A DNA stretch of 24,000 bases from an uncultured Peptococcaceae bacterium. Its GTDB lineage: Bacteria; Bacillota; Desulfitobacteriia; Desulfitobacteriales; Desulfitobacteriaceae. The notes under the pieces are model-generated. The model was not told the origin of the DNA. It worked only from the letters and a program-made list of their open reading frames with translations, and searched no databases. This document shows positions 1 to 7,826 of this stretch, in pieces. The position numbers were made by a program, and so were the translations under genes. The first letter of the stretch is position 1. Each line of letters starts with the position of its first letter. The DNA lies in NCBI GenBank assembly GCA_963529635.1, contig CAURZJ010000002.1:442071-466070 (forward strand). The letters are read 5' to 3'.

Positions 1-1
1 C

Positions 2-484
2 GCTCGTACCCCCGAACGTATGCTAGAGATTATGAAGGATAGTCGTGTTGGTGCCTTCGGAGCTATAAGCGCCATCGCTTTACTCCTTCTTAAATTCTCA
101 CTTTTTGCTGAACTTCTTACTCTCGGCTCCCCTTTGACCCCGCTTATCTTGCTATTCATGCCCGTACTTTCGCGTTGGATCTTTCTCATCGGAGTCCACT
201 TTTTTCCCTATGCTCGCTTTAATGGGCTAGGCAAAGGCTTTCACGAAGCCTCTAGAAAAACCAAAGGAATTTTCTTCGGTCAGGGAACCTTCCTTTTACT
301 TCTAACCTACTGGTTCTTAAAATGGCCAGGAGTAGTAGGCTTTCTAATTTCTACCTTATTCATCCTTATCTTCACATCAAAGTCTTCCCGACTTCTCGGT
401 GGACTTACCGGTGATCTCTACGGTGCAAGCATCGAATTAGCAGAACTCTTCTTTCTGCTCGGAGCATTTCCGCTATTGCACTAA
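2..484 (+). CDS. cobS: Adenosylcobinamide-GDP ribazoletransferase (cobalamin synthase), C-terminal part. The 5' end lies upstream of the window.
   Basis: The frame is open from base 2. RMLEIMKDSRVGAFG and LGGLTGDLYGASIELAELFFLL match the two conserved CobS blocks (Salmonella CobS has RMLEIMRDSRLG and [21 protein letters not shown]). The protein is polytopic and hydrophobic. Confidence 0.9.
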   Translation, partial: ARTPERMLEIMKDSRVGAFGAISAIALLLLKFSLFAELLTLGSPLTPLILLFMPVLSRWIFLIGVHFFPYARFNGLGKGFHEASRKTKGIFFGQGTFLLLLTYWFLKWPGVVGFLISTLFILIFTSKSSRLLGGLTGDLYGASIELAELFFLLGAFPLLH

Positions 485-510
485 AAGTAAATAAAAAGCA
501 CAAACATAAA

Positions 511-557
511 GACGCTCTTCCGACTGCCCAAGCCTGGAACGAGCGTCTTTATTTATT
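511..557 (+). terminator. Rho-independent terminator downstream of cobS
   Basis: The stem gacgctcttcc / ggaacgagcgtc has one bulge and a 14-nt loop. It is followed by tttatttatt and lies 27 nt after the cobS stop. Confidence 0.6.
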
Positions 558-606
558 ATCGCTTATTGCTACATACAAGAGAATTTACATTCCAAGACCC
601 GCTAAC

Positions 607-832
607 GTAGCTTTTCGTGCAGAACGAAAGACCGATTGCTGTGAAGACAATCGCACTTGTTTCGTAGGCATTCAGCCTTAGCTGAACGACTTCTAGCGGA
701 GGGGCGTAAAATCGAACGATGCTTTTAGTGACGAAAGGCATGGTAGCCTTTCGGCTTTAGCTTAGCGTAGTCATTGGTTCACATGCAGTAAGCACAAGGG
801 TTTGGCACGAAAGTGTCTGCGCGAAAAGCTAC
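607..832 (+). ncRNA. Candidate structured ncRNA of unknown class, a closed multi-hairpin domain of about 226 nt
   Basis: A 16-bp closing helix pairs 607-622 (gtagcttttcgtgcag) with 817-832 (ctgcgcgaaaagctac). Internal hairpins are 624-629/660-665 enclosing 633-638/648-653; 671-676/681-686 (ttcagc-ctta-gctgaa); 732-739/746-753 (cgaaaggc/gcctttcg); and 805-808/813-816 with a GAAA tetraloop. The G.U pairs and GNRA loops are only valid on the + strand. The region lies between convergent genes and I recognise no Rfam family. Confidence 0.35.
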
Positions 833-855
833 TTACCCCATCTTTCTGAACGAAT

Positions 856-2019
856 CTACTTACTTAACCCCCGAGCCAACCGTTTAATCCCTTCTTCGAT
901 AATTTCCGGCGTAGAACAAGAATAATTTAAACGTACTTCGTTGGAAACCCGTCCATCTGCATAGAACAGTGCCCCAGGAACATATAAGACATTTTGCTGA
1001 ATCATTTCATCGACGTAGTCAAAGCTATTATCTATACCGATTAACTTTGCCCACAAAAACAACCCACCCGAGGGAACAATCATTTCCACTTTGTCTCCGA
1101 GATAGGTCTGAATTGCGTCAACCATAGCTTTCCTTCGAACACCATAGACCTCACGCAACTTTTGGATATGTTCAGGCAAATACCCTTGTTTCAAATATTC
1201 AAAAACAGCTCTCTGGGTTAAGTTATTACTGTGCAAATCGACGCCTTCCTTGGTTTGTTCCAAGTGAGCGATAATATCCTCATCGCCCAGTACATATCCC
1301 ACCCGGAGCCCAGGCGCTAACACTTTAGAGAACGTCCCAAGGTAAACCACATTCTCTGCTAATTCTACAAGATTAGGAAGTGGATCTCCTTCATAACGCA
1401 GTTCCCCATAGGGATTGTCCTCAACAAGCAAGAGGTTATATTTTTGGGCAACCTTGAGTAACTCTCGACGACGGTTTAATCCCATGATTTTACCCGATGG
1501 ATTTTGGTAATTGGGAATCAAGTAGAGAAATTTTGGAGTTGTTACTTCAAGCGCTTTTTCCAACTCGCTTGGGATTATCCCCTCCTCATCTGAAGGAATC
1601 ATTTGGAATTTAGCCCGGAATCCTTCAAAGGCTTGAATTGCACCAAGGTAAGTAGGGGTTTCTAGAAAAACAGTATCTCCTGGGTCCAAGAAAGTTTGTG
1701 CTAAGAGGCTTAATCCCTGCTGGCTTCCCGTAGTAATGATTACTTCACTGAAACTTGCAGGACTTTGATTTCGGCGATGTTGACTAGCTATCCACTCTCT
1801 TAACTGTGGGTAACCTGCAGTTTGAGAGTATTGTAAGGCTGAACTTCCCTGCTTCTCAAAAACCTTTTGGAAAGATTCCTTGAGTTCCCGATCAGGAAAT
1901 AGTTCAAGTGCGGGCAACCCACCTGCAAACGAAATCATCTCAGGGTTCTGCGCTGCTCTGAGCATTTCCCCGATAAAACTATCTCCAACCTTATTCATCC
2001 AGCTAGCATACTTCATCAT
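856..2019 (-). CDS. PLP-dependent aminotransferase, class I/II (2-aminoadipate/aromatic aminotransferase-like)
   Basis: The ORF is full length. SFSKVLAPGLRVGY carries the PLP-lysine motif and NPYGELRY and YLIPNYQNPSG blocks are present. I moved the start to the ATG at 2019, which follows GGAGAAG. The ORF-track start at 2037 has no SD. Confidence 0.8.
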   Translation of the reverse strand: MMKYASWMNKVGDSFIGEMLRAAQNPEMISFAGGLPALELFPDRELKESFQKVFEKQGSSALQYSQTAGYPQLREWIASQHRRNQSPASFSEVIITTGSQQGLSLLAQTFLDPGDTVFLETPTYLGAIQAFEGFRAKFQMIPSDEEGIIPSELEKALEVTTPKFLYLIPNYQNPSGKIMGLNRRRELLKVAQKYNLLLVEDNPYGELRYEGDPLPNLVELAENVVYLGTFSKVLAPGLRVGYVLGDEDIIAHLEQTKEGVDLHSNNLTQRAVFEYLKQGYLPEHIQKLREVYGVRRKAMVDAIQTYLGDKVEMIVPSGGLFLWAKLIGIDNSFDYVDEMIQQNVLYVPGALFYADGRVSNEVRLNYSCSTPEIIEEGIKRLARGLSK

Positions 2020-2140
2020 TACTTCTCCGCCCTTCATTCTGTCGAAAACTTCCTGATTTTACTGTTTTGTATTTAGTATTTTAGCGATTCAGCTTTTCCA
2101 AGGCCCAGCCAAGCTAAATAGCTCTTATTATTTTCTTTCT

Positions 2141-2662
2141 TTATTGGATCTTCCCAAATCGATTTAACGGCCAATATCGTATAATTACTTTACCTTCAAC
2201 ATTTGCCTGTGGCAAAATGCCCCAGATGTGACTATCCTTGCTATTATTTCGATTATCCCCAAACATTACATAAGAATCCTCAGGAATTTCAATCGGTCCA
2301 TACGAATATTTTGGAGCCTGAGTTAAATAGGGTTCTTCTAAGACCTTTCCATTAATCCAGACCTTACCCTCCCGAACTTCTAAGGTTTCTCCTGGCAAAC
2401 CCACGATGCGCTTCACGAGATCGTCGGACTCACCAGAAGCCTTTGGTGGCACAAACATGATAATATCTCCCCGCTCCAAGGGGGAAAAACGATAAAACAA
2501 TTTATCAAAAATTACTCGGTCCTGAAGTTGAATCGTGGGAAGCATTGACCCCGTTGGGACAATTCGAGTATCAAAAACAAATAACCGTATAAAATAAGAA
2601 ATTAACCAAGCAACGATAATAAGTGCAGCCCATTCCAAGATTGTTCTTACATACTTCTTCAT
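2141..2662 (-). CDS. lepB: Signal peptidase I
   Basis: There is one N-terminal TM helix. The catalytic Ser box is PTGSMLPT and the Lys box is GDNRNNSKDSH. I placed the start at MKKYVRTILEW (2662) rather than at the ORF-track TTG/ATG extension, but this start is uncertain. Confidence 0.85.
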   Translation of the reverse strand: MKKYVRTILEWAALIIVAWLISYFIRLFVFDTRIVPTGSMLPTIQLQDRVIFDKLFYRFSPLERGDIIMFVPPKASGESDDLVKRIVGLPGETLEVREGKVWINGKVLEEPYLTQAPKYSYGPIEIPEDSYVMFGDNRNNSKDSHIWGILPQANVEGKVIIRYWPLNRFGKIQ

Positions 2663-2734
2663 TTCCTCACTGCCTTTACACACATATGAAGACCCTATAA
2701 GTCTTTCTAAAAAAAAGACCCCCACCTCGGAGGG

Positions 2735-4519
2735 CTAAGTCGATATAATATTCCCTTTTCCCAGGTTTTTACCCCTATAGAGCCTCTGATCAGCTAGTCG
2801 ATACAGTTCATCATAACTGCACCCTTCCGCCGGGAATTCTGCAACCCCGATACTGACTCCGAGTCCATACTCCTCTAAGCGCATGCTTTTCTTCATGCGC
2901 TCGATGACAAGAACTGCCTCTTCGCCAATTTTAACATCAGTTAGCACGACTGTGAATTCATCTCCACCTGTCCGGGCTACGATATCCTCTTCCCGAACCG
3001 CTGTTCGTAAGTTCTGGGCAATAAATTTCAAGGCCTCATCCCCTACAGGATGACCCAAGGTATCATTAAGCTGTTTAAACAAATCTAAATCAAGGACTAA
3101 CAATAAGAACGAAGAATCTCTTCGTAAGGTGCCTGCCATTTCCTCGCGAATACGCTGTTCAAATCCCTGACGATTGAGTATGCCTGTTAACCGGTCTGTA
3201 TTCGCTAGTCTCGCAAGTTCATCCCTCTGCTTTATTGTTTCTAGTGCAACCCCAACAACACGGACAAACGCTGCCAAGATTTCCAGTCTCTGCTCTGTCG
3301 CGTGTTCCTTGGCATTCATGAGCCAAAGCTCTCCGACAATTCCGCTATGGGTCTTGAGTGGATGAATTCGTACTCTGTCCCAGTGGAAAGGATTATTTTC
3401 TACATTAAGAAAATGCACGTCCTTATTTTTATAGGAAAAACCCTCTTGTGGTATATATTTTTTTATCCAAGTGAGCCAATCCCAATCGGTTTGCTTCAAA
3501 CGACCAAAGGGTGCGCGTATTTCCGCGATTCCTTCTTGATTTTCCAGCAGGAAAAACCCTCCGGGCAAAAATAAAATCTCCATGGCCATTTCGCCAGCCT
3601 CTGTCAAAAGCTGTTCTTCTGAATCCGCTTGTACGAGAATTTCCGTCCCTCTAAGTAATAAGGTCAAGGCTTGTTCCCGATCGATTGAGGCTAAACGTAT
3701 CTGTTGCTCGTAAATAAACGAGGAAATTAGAGGAATGACTTGCTTCATATAAAAATATCGATCCCTCCCGAGTAACCCTTCCTGACCCCCGAGTAAAACG
3801 ATAGCCCCTATCCTTTGCCCAAAGTGAATAAGTGGTATACAAACAAGCTGAGTAATACCCGAATCTATAAAGGGCAATACCCACTCTTCCTTCAAATCAC
3901 TCAGGTCTTGCAAAATCGGATAGAATTCAGCTTCTAGCGCAACACAGTCTAATACAAAATCCTTGGGAAACTTACATTTTCTAAGAAGTTGAGTATGTTC
4001 TTTCTGTCGTGCACTGACAGATAAAAGTTCATACTTCCCTTCATCCTGCAAATAAATTCCTGAAGCGGCAAAGCCAAAAAGTTCAAGGCTTCGTCGAGTA
4101 AAAAGATTTAAAGCCGTCAGAAGGTTATCCTCTTGATTCATTTCCTGTATAATTGACAGTAAAACCTCAGCATTCAAGGAGTTACTAAAAGCAGTGAGAT
4201 AAAGAAAGGCACCCTTAACTTCCCCCGAAACATCAAGCAGAGGCACCCCTATTACGTGGCTAAATCGATTAGAATCCCCGTGCCACTGATTTATGGTCTT
4301 CTCGGTTCTATCCGCACCTGAGAATATCTCCCTAAACAAGGGATGGCTCTCAGGGATAATACTCGACGAAATTTCTAACAAGGAGAGGGCCTTGGGAGTG
4401 GAATAGATAATCCGATCTCGCGATGCCAATACTCCTTCAAACTTATCTTGGGCGAGAGTGGATATGATGGTATCTAATTGAGGGATATATTCTACAGCCT
4501 CTATCTCTTGCAATTGCAC
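2735..4519 (-). CDS. Diguanylate cyclase with an N-terminal GAF-like sensor region of about 420 aa
   Basis: The C-terminal GGDEF domain has an intact active site (RTGGDEF). An RxxD inhibitory site (REED) sits exactly 5 residues upstream. The start is GTG, preceded by GAAGGGTGAG. Confidence 0.85.
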   Translation of the reverse strand: MQLQEIEAVEYIPQLDTIISTLAQDKFEGVLASRDRIIYSTPKALSLLEISSSIIPESHPLFREIFSGADRTEKTINQWHGDSNRFSHVIGVPLLDVSGEVKGAFLYLTAFSNSLNAEVLLSIIQEMNQEDNLLTALNLFTRRSLELFGFAASGIYLQDEGKYELLSVSARQKEHTQLLRKCKFPKDFVLDCVALEAEFYPILQDLSDLKEEWVLPFIDSGITQLVCIPLIHFGQRIGAIVLLGGQEGLLGRDRYFYMKQVIPLISSFIYEQQIRLASIDREQALTLLLRGTEILVQADSEEQLLTEAGEMAMEILFLPGGFFLLENQEGIAEIRAPFGRLKQTDWDWLTWIKKYIPQEGFSYKNKDVHFLNVENNPFHWDRVRIHPLKTHSGIVGELWLMNAKEHATEQRLEILAAFVRVVGVALETIKQRDELARLANTDRLTGILNRQGFEQRIREEMAGTLRRDSSFLLLVLDLDLFKQLNDTLGHPVGDEALKFIAQNLRTAVREEDIVARTGGDEFTVVLTDVKIGEEAVLVIERMKKSMRLEEYGLGVSIGVAEFPAEGCSYDELYRLADQRLYRGKNLGKGNIIST

Positions 4520-4731
4520 TTACTTCTCACCCTTCATCTGAGGAACACTCTTATCACTATCGTTCATTTTAACATATTTCCTTCTAAAAAATGCTAATTT
4601 CCAATTCTTTTTAAAAAATTCCTTAACATCAATATTTCATTATTACTTCAATTATTAAATTTTTTTAATTTTAGTGGGTAAAACTAAGAGGCAGTATATC
4701 TTGAAACATAAAAAGCTTTTTTATTTACCCA

Positions 4732-4760
4732 TTGTACAGGAAAAATTTCTGAGATATACT
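4732..4760 (+). promoter_or_regulatory. Putative SigA-type promoter for the TVP38 gene
   Basis: TTGTAC, a 17-nt spacer, then TATACT, about 38 nt upstream of the TTG start at 4798. This is an AT-rich divergent intergenic region. Confidence 0.35.
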
Positions 4761-4797
4761 TGTCGATAGATAGCAAAAAAAGAAGGGAAGGTTAATC

Positions 4798-5463
4798 TTG
4801 ACTCGAAAAAAAATACTTTCATACCTTACCCTGCTTCTCTCAGCCTTAATTATTATTTTTCTCTATCCACGACTACAAAATCCTGAAGCCTTTCAACATT
4901 TAATCTACCACCTCCGTTGGAAAGGCGTTCTTCTAGATTTGCTCATAGTTTCTCTACTAATGTTTTTCCCCTTTATCCCGTTTACCTTGATTGCAGGAAT
5001 CAACGTCTTGCTTTTTGGATGGATCGGTGGGTTTCTGCTTTCACTCACGGGCAGCCTACTGGGCTCCTCCATTGCTTTCTGGATCGCCCGTTATCTAGGA
5101 CAAGAATGGGCTCGGCCACACCTAGATAGACTTGGAAGATGGAACAAACTTTCTGATGCCAAGAATTTTTATCTTATCGTTCTAGCACGCCTGATTCCCG
5201 TTTTACCCTCTGCTGCAGTGAACTATGCTGCCGGAATTTCCCCTATGAAGTTCCCTCTTTTCTTGGGAGCAAGCTTCCTTGGAAAGTTTCCTATGATTGT
5301 TTGGGAATCATGGTTTGGACATGATTTTTGGCATCTTATGGAGCATCCAAAGCGCTTTTTCTTAGCTCTATTCAGCGGAGCAGTCATATTTGGAAGTGCA
5401 TGGCTCTTATGGCAATATATCGACCGGAAAGAAAAAAACCCAAGCATAAAAAATCAAGCATAA
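4798..5463 (+). CDS. TVP38/TMEM64 family (DedA-related, SNARE-associated) membrane protein
   Basis: About 5 TM segments with family-typical blocks (FPFIPFTLIAGINVLLFG, IVLARLIPVLPSAAVNYAAGIS). The TTG start follows GAAGGGAAGG. Confidence 0.75.
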   Translation: MTRKKILSYLTLLLSALIIIFLYPRLQNPEAFQHLIYHLRWKGVLLDLLIVSLLMFFPFIPFTLIAGINVLLFGWIGGFLLSLTGSLLGSSIAFWIARYLGQEWARPHLDRLGRWNKLSDAKNFYLIVLARLIPVLPSAAVNYAAGISPMKFPLFLGASFLGKFPMIVWESWFGHDFWHLMEHPKRFFLALFSGAVIFGSAWLLWQYIDRKEKNPSIKNQA

Positions 5464-5494
5464 GGATTATAGATTAAATAAGAGAATTGTGTAC

Positions 5495-5521
5495 AAAAAG
5501 CCACCCTTACGGTGGCTTTTT
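5495..5521. terminator. Bidirectional rho-independent terminator shared by the TVP38 gene (+) and the pspA/Tim44-like operon (-)
   Basis: aaaaaGCCACC-cttac-GGTGGCttttt, a GC stem flanked by an A-run and a T-run. It lies between the two convergent stop codons at 5463 and 5529. Confidence 0.8.
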
Positions 5522-5528
5522 CATGTCT

Positions 5529-6548
5529 TTAATACTCGTCTCCGCGAGCGATCTTCGTAACCTCCAAAGCATCTTCCTGATAAATTTCGCTGAGCACCCA
5601 TTGGTTATTGTTCCAACGGAACTCCCAGAATTCTGTGAAATACAGCCGGTTATCATCTTCCCCCGCAATGATTCGGCCAGATGCATCGACCGTATAGTCA
5701 TACAAACTTGCAGAAATCATGACAACAAAGTGCTCTTGCGATTCATCCAAATGACTATGGATAAATTCGACATCCTCTGCATGAAGTACAGGTTCTTTGA
5801 TTACATTCCTCTCTCCACGAGCTTTCATTGCCGTCAAGTCTCTTCTATAGCGTCCTAGGAGGGTGGTGGCTAAGTAATCTTCTCCACCGCTCAAATCTTG
5901 ACGTGTCCAAGAATCCTGAATCCAGAAGTATACTTGTCTGACTCGACCCACAAGATAGTCCCGATCCCAGCGGGGGAAGGTTTCGGCATAGTAATGCATA
6001 TTTTGGCGTGTATAATCAATGCTTTTACTAAACCTACTCAGGTTCCCATCATTTGTAATAGGCCTTCCCGTGATATCCACTGGAACTTCAGCGGAATCGC
6101 CGATATCCGAATTATTTCGGTAGTTGGGTTTATTCCCTGTCTGAAAAGGATTTCCGAATCTCTTCCCCCTGTCCCTTCCTCGTCGACTTCTTTTCGAGGA
6201 CATAAACAGTCGATAAATCAGATATAGGATACCGACCAGGACGATTAAATTGAATATTCCACTAAAAAAAGATCCTGTTCCAGCTGAAGAACCACCGAAC
6301 CAAAAGAAGGGAAAGAACCCTCCAAATCCACGGCTAGGAAATCCAAGTCCTCCACTTGAAAGGCCCCCTCCTGAAAAGGACCCTCCACTAAAACTTCTTC
6401 CAGAGCTTCCTCCGAGACTACCACCCTTTCCTCCTCCAGCACGAGCCAGAACCACACTGGCCTGGCTCGTGAGGATTAAAAGGGTCGTGAAGGAAACTCC
6501 GATTCTTTTCATCCACCTCTTCATGCCCATCATCCTTGCCTCAATCAT
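5529..6548 (-). CDS. Membrane protein with a signal/TM segment, a Gly/Ser-rich low-complexity segment, a second TM helix and a C-terminal Tim44-like domain
   Basis: An N-terminal hydrophobic segment is followed by a GGGKGGSLGGSSGRSFSGGSFSGGG tract, a TM helix (IFNLIVLVGILYLIYRLF) and a basic stretch. The C-terminal ~150 aa (WDRDYL...FTEFWEFRWNNNQWVLSEI) has the pattern of bacterial Tim44-like domains. The exact start among four clustered ATGs (6548-6513) is unresolved. The gene starts 22 nt downstream of pspA. Confidence 0.65.
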   Translation of the reverse strand: MIEARMMGMKRWMKRIGVSFTTLLILTSQASVVLARAGGGKGGSLGGSSGRSFSGGSFSGGGLSSGGLGFPSRGFGGFFPFFWFGGSSAGTGSFFSGIFNLIVLVGILYLIYRLFMSSKRSRRGRDRGKRFGNPFQTGNKPNYRNNSDIGDSAEVPVDITGRPITNDGNLSRFSKSIDYTRQNMHYYAETFPRWDRDYLVGRVRQVYFWIQDSWTRQDLSGGEDYLATTLLGRYRRDLTAMKARGERNVIKEPVLHAEDVEFIHSHLDESQEHFVVMISASLYDYTVDASGRIIAGEDDNRLYFTEFWEFRWNNNQWVLSEIYQEDALEVTKIARGDEY

Positions 6549-6569
6549 TTTTGAAATGCGACGTTAGAA

Positions 6570-7250
6570 CTACTCTTCTTTTTTAAACTGAGCTTTTAGC
6601 TGGGCTAATTCATCTTCTACCTCAGAGTTGGCTTTACTTTTCTGAAGGTCAGCAAACTGATCTTCGATGCTATTTCCAGTCTGAACCATAGTTTTCGAGG
6701 CCTTGGCTTCTGCCTCTGAACGCTCCACTCTTTCCTTCATTCTGTCGAAGTTTGCCATTGGATCTTGATTGGACATTCCAGAAACTGCTTCATTCGCTTT
6801 TTTCATCGTCTCTGCACGACGTTGGCGCATAATGAGGTTATTCCGTTCCAACTTAGCCTTCTCTAATTTTTCTGTAAGGATACGTAAATTTTCTTGGAGA
6901 TCTTCTACCGCTGTGGCTTGATCAGTAAGTTGTGACTGGTAATCGAGAACACTCGTTTCAGCTTGCTTCTTAAGAGTTAGTGCTGTACGTGCTAAATCAT
7001 CCTTACCTTGCTGAACGGCTAGAGTTGCCTGCTCAGTGCGTTGTGCGACTTCCTTATTGAGGGTCTCAATGCGTTCTTCAAGTTGAATCTTGTCTGCGAC
7101 AGCCCGGTTTACCTGGATTTGAAAATTCCGAACCTCTTCAGTTGCTCTCTCCACATATAGACTTAACATCTTTTCCGGGTCTTCTGCTTTATTTACCAAA
7201 TCCATAATATTCGCTTGTAGTAGGTCTTTAACTCGTGTAAATAATCCCAT
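6570..7250 (-). CDS. pspA: PspA/IM30 family envelope-stress protein
   Basis: MGLFTRVKDLLQANIMDLVNKAEDPEKML is the canonical PspA N-terminus, followed by a long coiled-coil region. I moved the start to the ATG at 7250, which follows AAAGGAGAA plus 8 nt. The ORF-track TTG start at 7352 adds 34 non-homologous residues. Confidence 0.9.
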   Translation of the reverse strand: MGLFTRVKDLLQANIMDLVNKAEDPEKMLSLYVERATEEVRNFQIQVNRAVADKIQLEERIETLNKEVAQRTEQATLAVQQGKDDLARTALTLKKQAETSVLDYQSQLTDQATAVEDLQENLRILTEKLEKAKLERNNLIMRQRRAETMKKANEAVSGMSNQDPMANFDRMKERVERSEAEAKASKTMVQTGNSIEDQFADLQKSKANSEVEDELAQLKAQFKKEE

Positions 7251-7509
7251 TTTTTTCGTTCTCCTTTCATCTTTGAACACACTTAATCTATATAGTATTA
7301 TTACCAAAAATATGAGGTGTGAGAAATACCTTTGATGTTTGGAATCCCTCAAAGAAATTAAATACCTACTCTTATTTAGTATTCCCCTTCTTTCCTAAAA
7401 ATCCTTTTTACATCGATAAACCCTAATTTTTCCGTATTTTAAGCAAATACTCGATGTCCATGATGATAAAATTTGGCTCCCTTAATTCTAGCACAGGATT
7501 CGGGTAATA

Positions 7510-7553
7510 CTATGAAGAGCTTATGATGAGCCTATGAAGATTCCATGAATTTC
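7510..7553. repeat. Four tandem 11-bp-phased direct repeats
   Basis: ctatgaagagc / ttatgatgagc / ctatgaagatt / ccatgaatttc begin at 7510, 7521, 7532 and 7543. The core YTATGAWGA is exact in units 1 and 3. The array lies in the untranslated spacer between the riboswitch terminator and pspA. Confidence 0.6.
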
Positions 7554-7649
7554 ATGCCCTAGACTTCGGGAATCCTTTTGATTTTATTCTCCTCCTCCCA
7601 AATATAAGGGTTTCGTTGCGCAATACCATTCCAAGGCCTATCGTGGTAT

Positions 7650-7685
7650 AGAAAAAGACCTTACCCATTTGCTTTGGGTAAGGTC
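7650..7685 (-). terminator. Intrinsic terminator forming the expression platform of the Mn riboswitch
   Basis: On the minus strand: gaccttaccc-aaagcaaat-gggtaaggtc followed by tttttct. The 5' arm (7685-7676) contains the 3' strand of aptamer helix P1 (ccttac). Confidence 0.8.
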
Positions 7686-7777
7686 TTGCAACATTTCACG
7701 GTGATAGGCCGGGTCCACATCGGACCGTATGGCGACACTATCCACGGCATCTCTGCCGCTTGCTACTCCCCTTACTT
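7678..7777 (-). promoter_or_regulatory. yybP-ykoY (Mn2+) riboswitch aptamer
   Basis: The minus strand reads gtaaGGGGAGTAGC...(GAGA-capped hairpin cggca-gaga-tgccg)...(hairpin ggtcc-gatgt-ggacc)...tgttGCAAGACCttac. The two hallmark conserved blocks of the family (GGGGAGUAGC at the 5' end and GCAAGACC at the 3' end, as in the L. lactis and B. subtilis representatives) sit about 85 nt apart. P1 pairs gtaagg with ccttac. A promoter lies upstream and an overlapping terminator downstream. Confidence 0.7.
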
Positions 7778-7826
7778 ATGGCTTCTTCCCAAGTCTTAAG
7801 GACCGGAAAGAATCTTTACATGCTTA

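Noticed and set aside
699-720. GGGGCGTAAAATCGAAC resembles the 5' end of tmRNA
   Set aside because: There is no tRNA-like 3' end (T-arm, CCA-proximal acceptor strand) within 400 nt on either strand. I found no tag reading frame ending in the usual hydrophobic ...LAA type sequence.
556-741. A 61-aa minus-strand ORF with an SD-like GAAAGG 5 nt before its ATG
   Set aside because: It lies entirely within the hairpin-rich candidate RNA region, and its SD and start are part of the 8-bp stem at 732-753. The peptide has no recognisable motif or TM/signal pattern. I kept it only as an alternative explanation to be excluded by homology search.
3174-3884. Short ORFs at 3174-3365 (+), 3302-3574 (+) and 3651-3884 (-) inside the GGDEF gene
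   Set aside because: All are nested in or antisense to the 594-aa GAF-GGDEF CDS and have low-complexity or odd composition. The same reasoning applies to the other nested ORFs: 4917-5129, 5223-5447, 5487-5858, 5507-5701, 5898-6227, 10295-10525, 10635-10865, 11919-12149, 13639-13896, 15783-15971, 16288-16521, 16856-17206, 16963-17289, 17222-17506, 17875-18093, 18782-19030, 19437-19756, 20746-21106, 21656-21895, 22272-22601, 22743-23067 and 23205-23489.
6250-6567. A 105-aa proline-rich + strand ORF, plus the 70-aa ORF at 6245-6457
   Set aside because: It is a mirror-image artefact of the Gly/Ser-rich codons (GGN/AGC) of the Tim44-like gene on the opposite strand. It has no RBS and lies fully inside a better-supported CDS.
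7250-7352. A 34-codon N-terminal extension of pspA from a TTG start
   Set aside because: The extension has no homology to PspA N-termini and no SD. The internal ATG at 7250 has a strong AAAGGAGAA site and begins the canonical MGLF... amphipathic helix.
7512-7562. A chain of four overlapping mini-ORFs (MKSL*, MMSL*, MKIP*, MNFMP*) linked by TATGA/CATGA overlaps on the + strand
   Set aside because: They are a consequence of the 11-bp repeat containing ATGA. There is no SD, they lie on the strand opposite to the surrounding transcription, and 4-5 codons is too short to support a coding call. I report the repeat itself instead.
7353-7650. Searched for a small gene (Mn exporter remnant or leader peptide) between the riboswitch terminator and pspA, including the GGGAGGAGG SD-like run at about 7590-7598
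   Set aside because: There is no ATG, GTG or TTG at a usable distance from the SD-like run, and stop codons occur frequently in all three minus-strand frames. The longest candidates (25 aa and 12 aa) lack proper RBS spacing.
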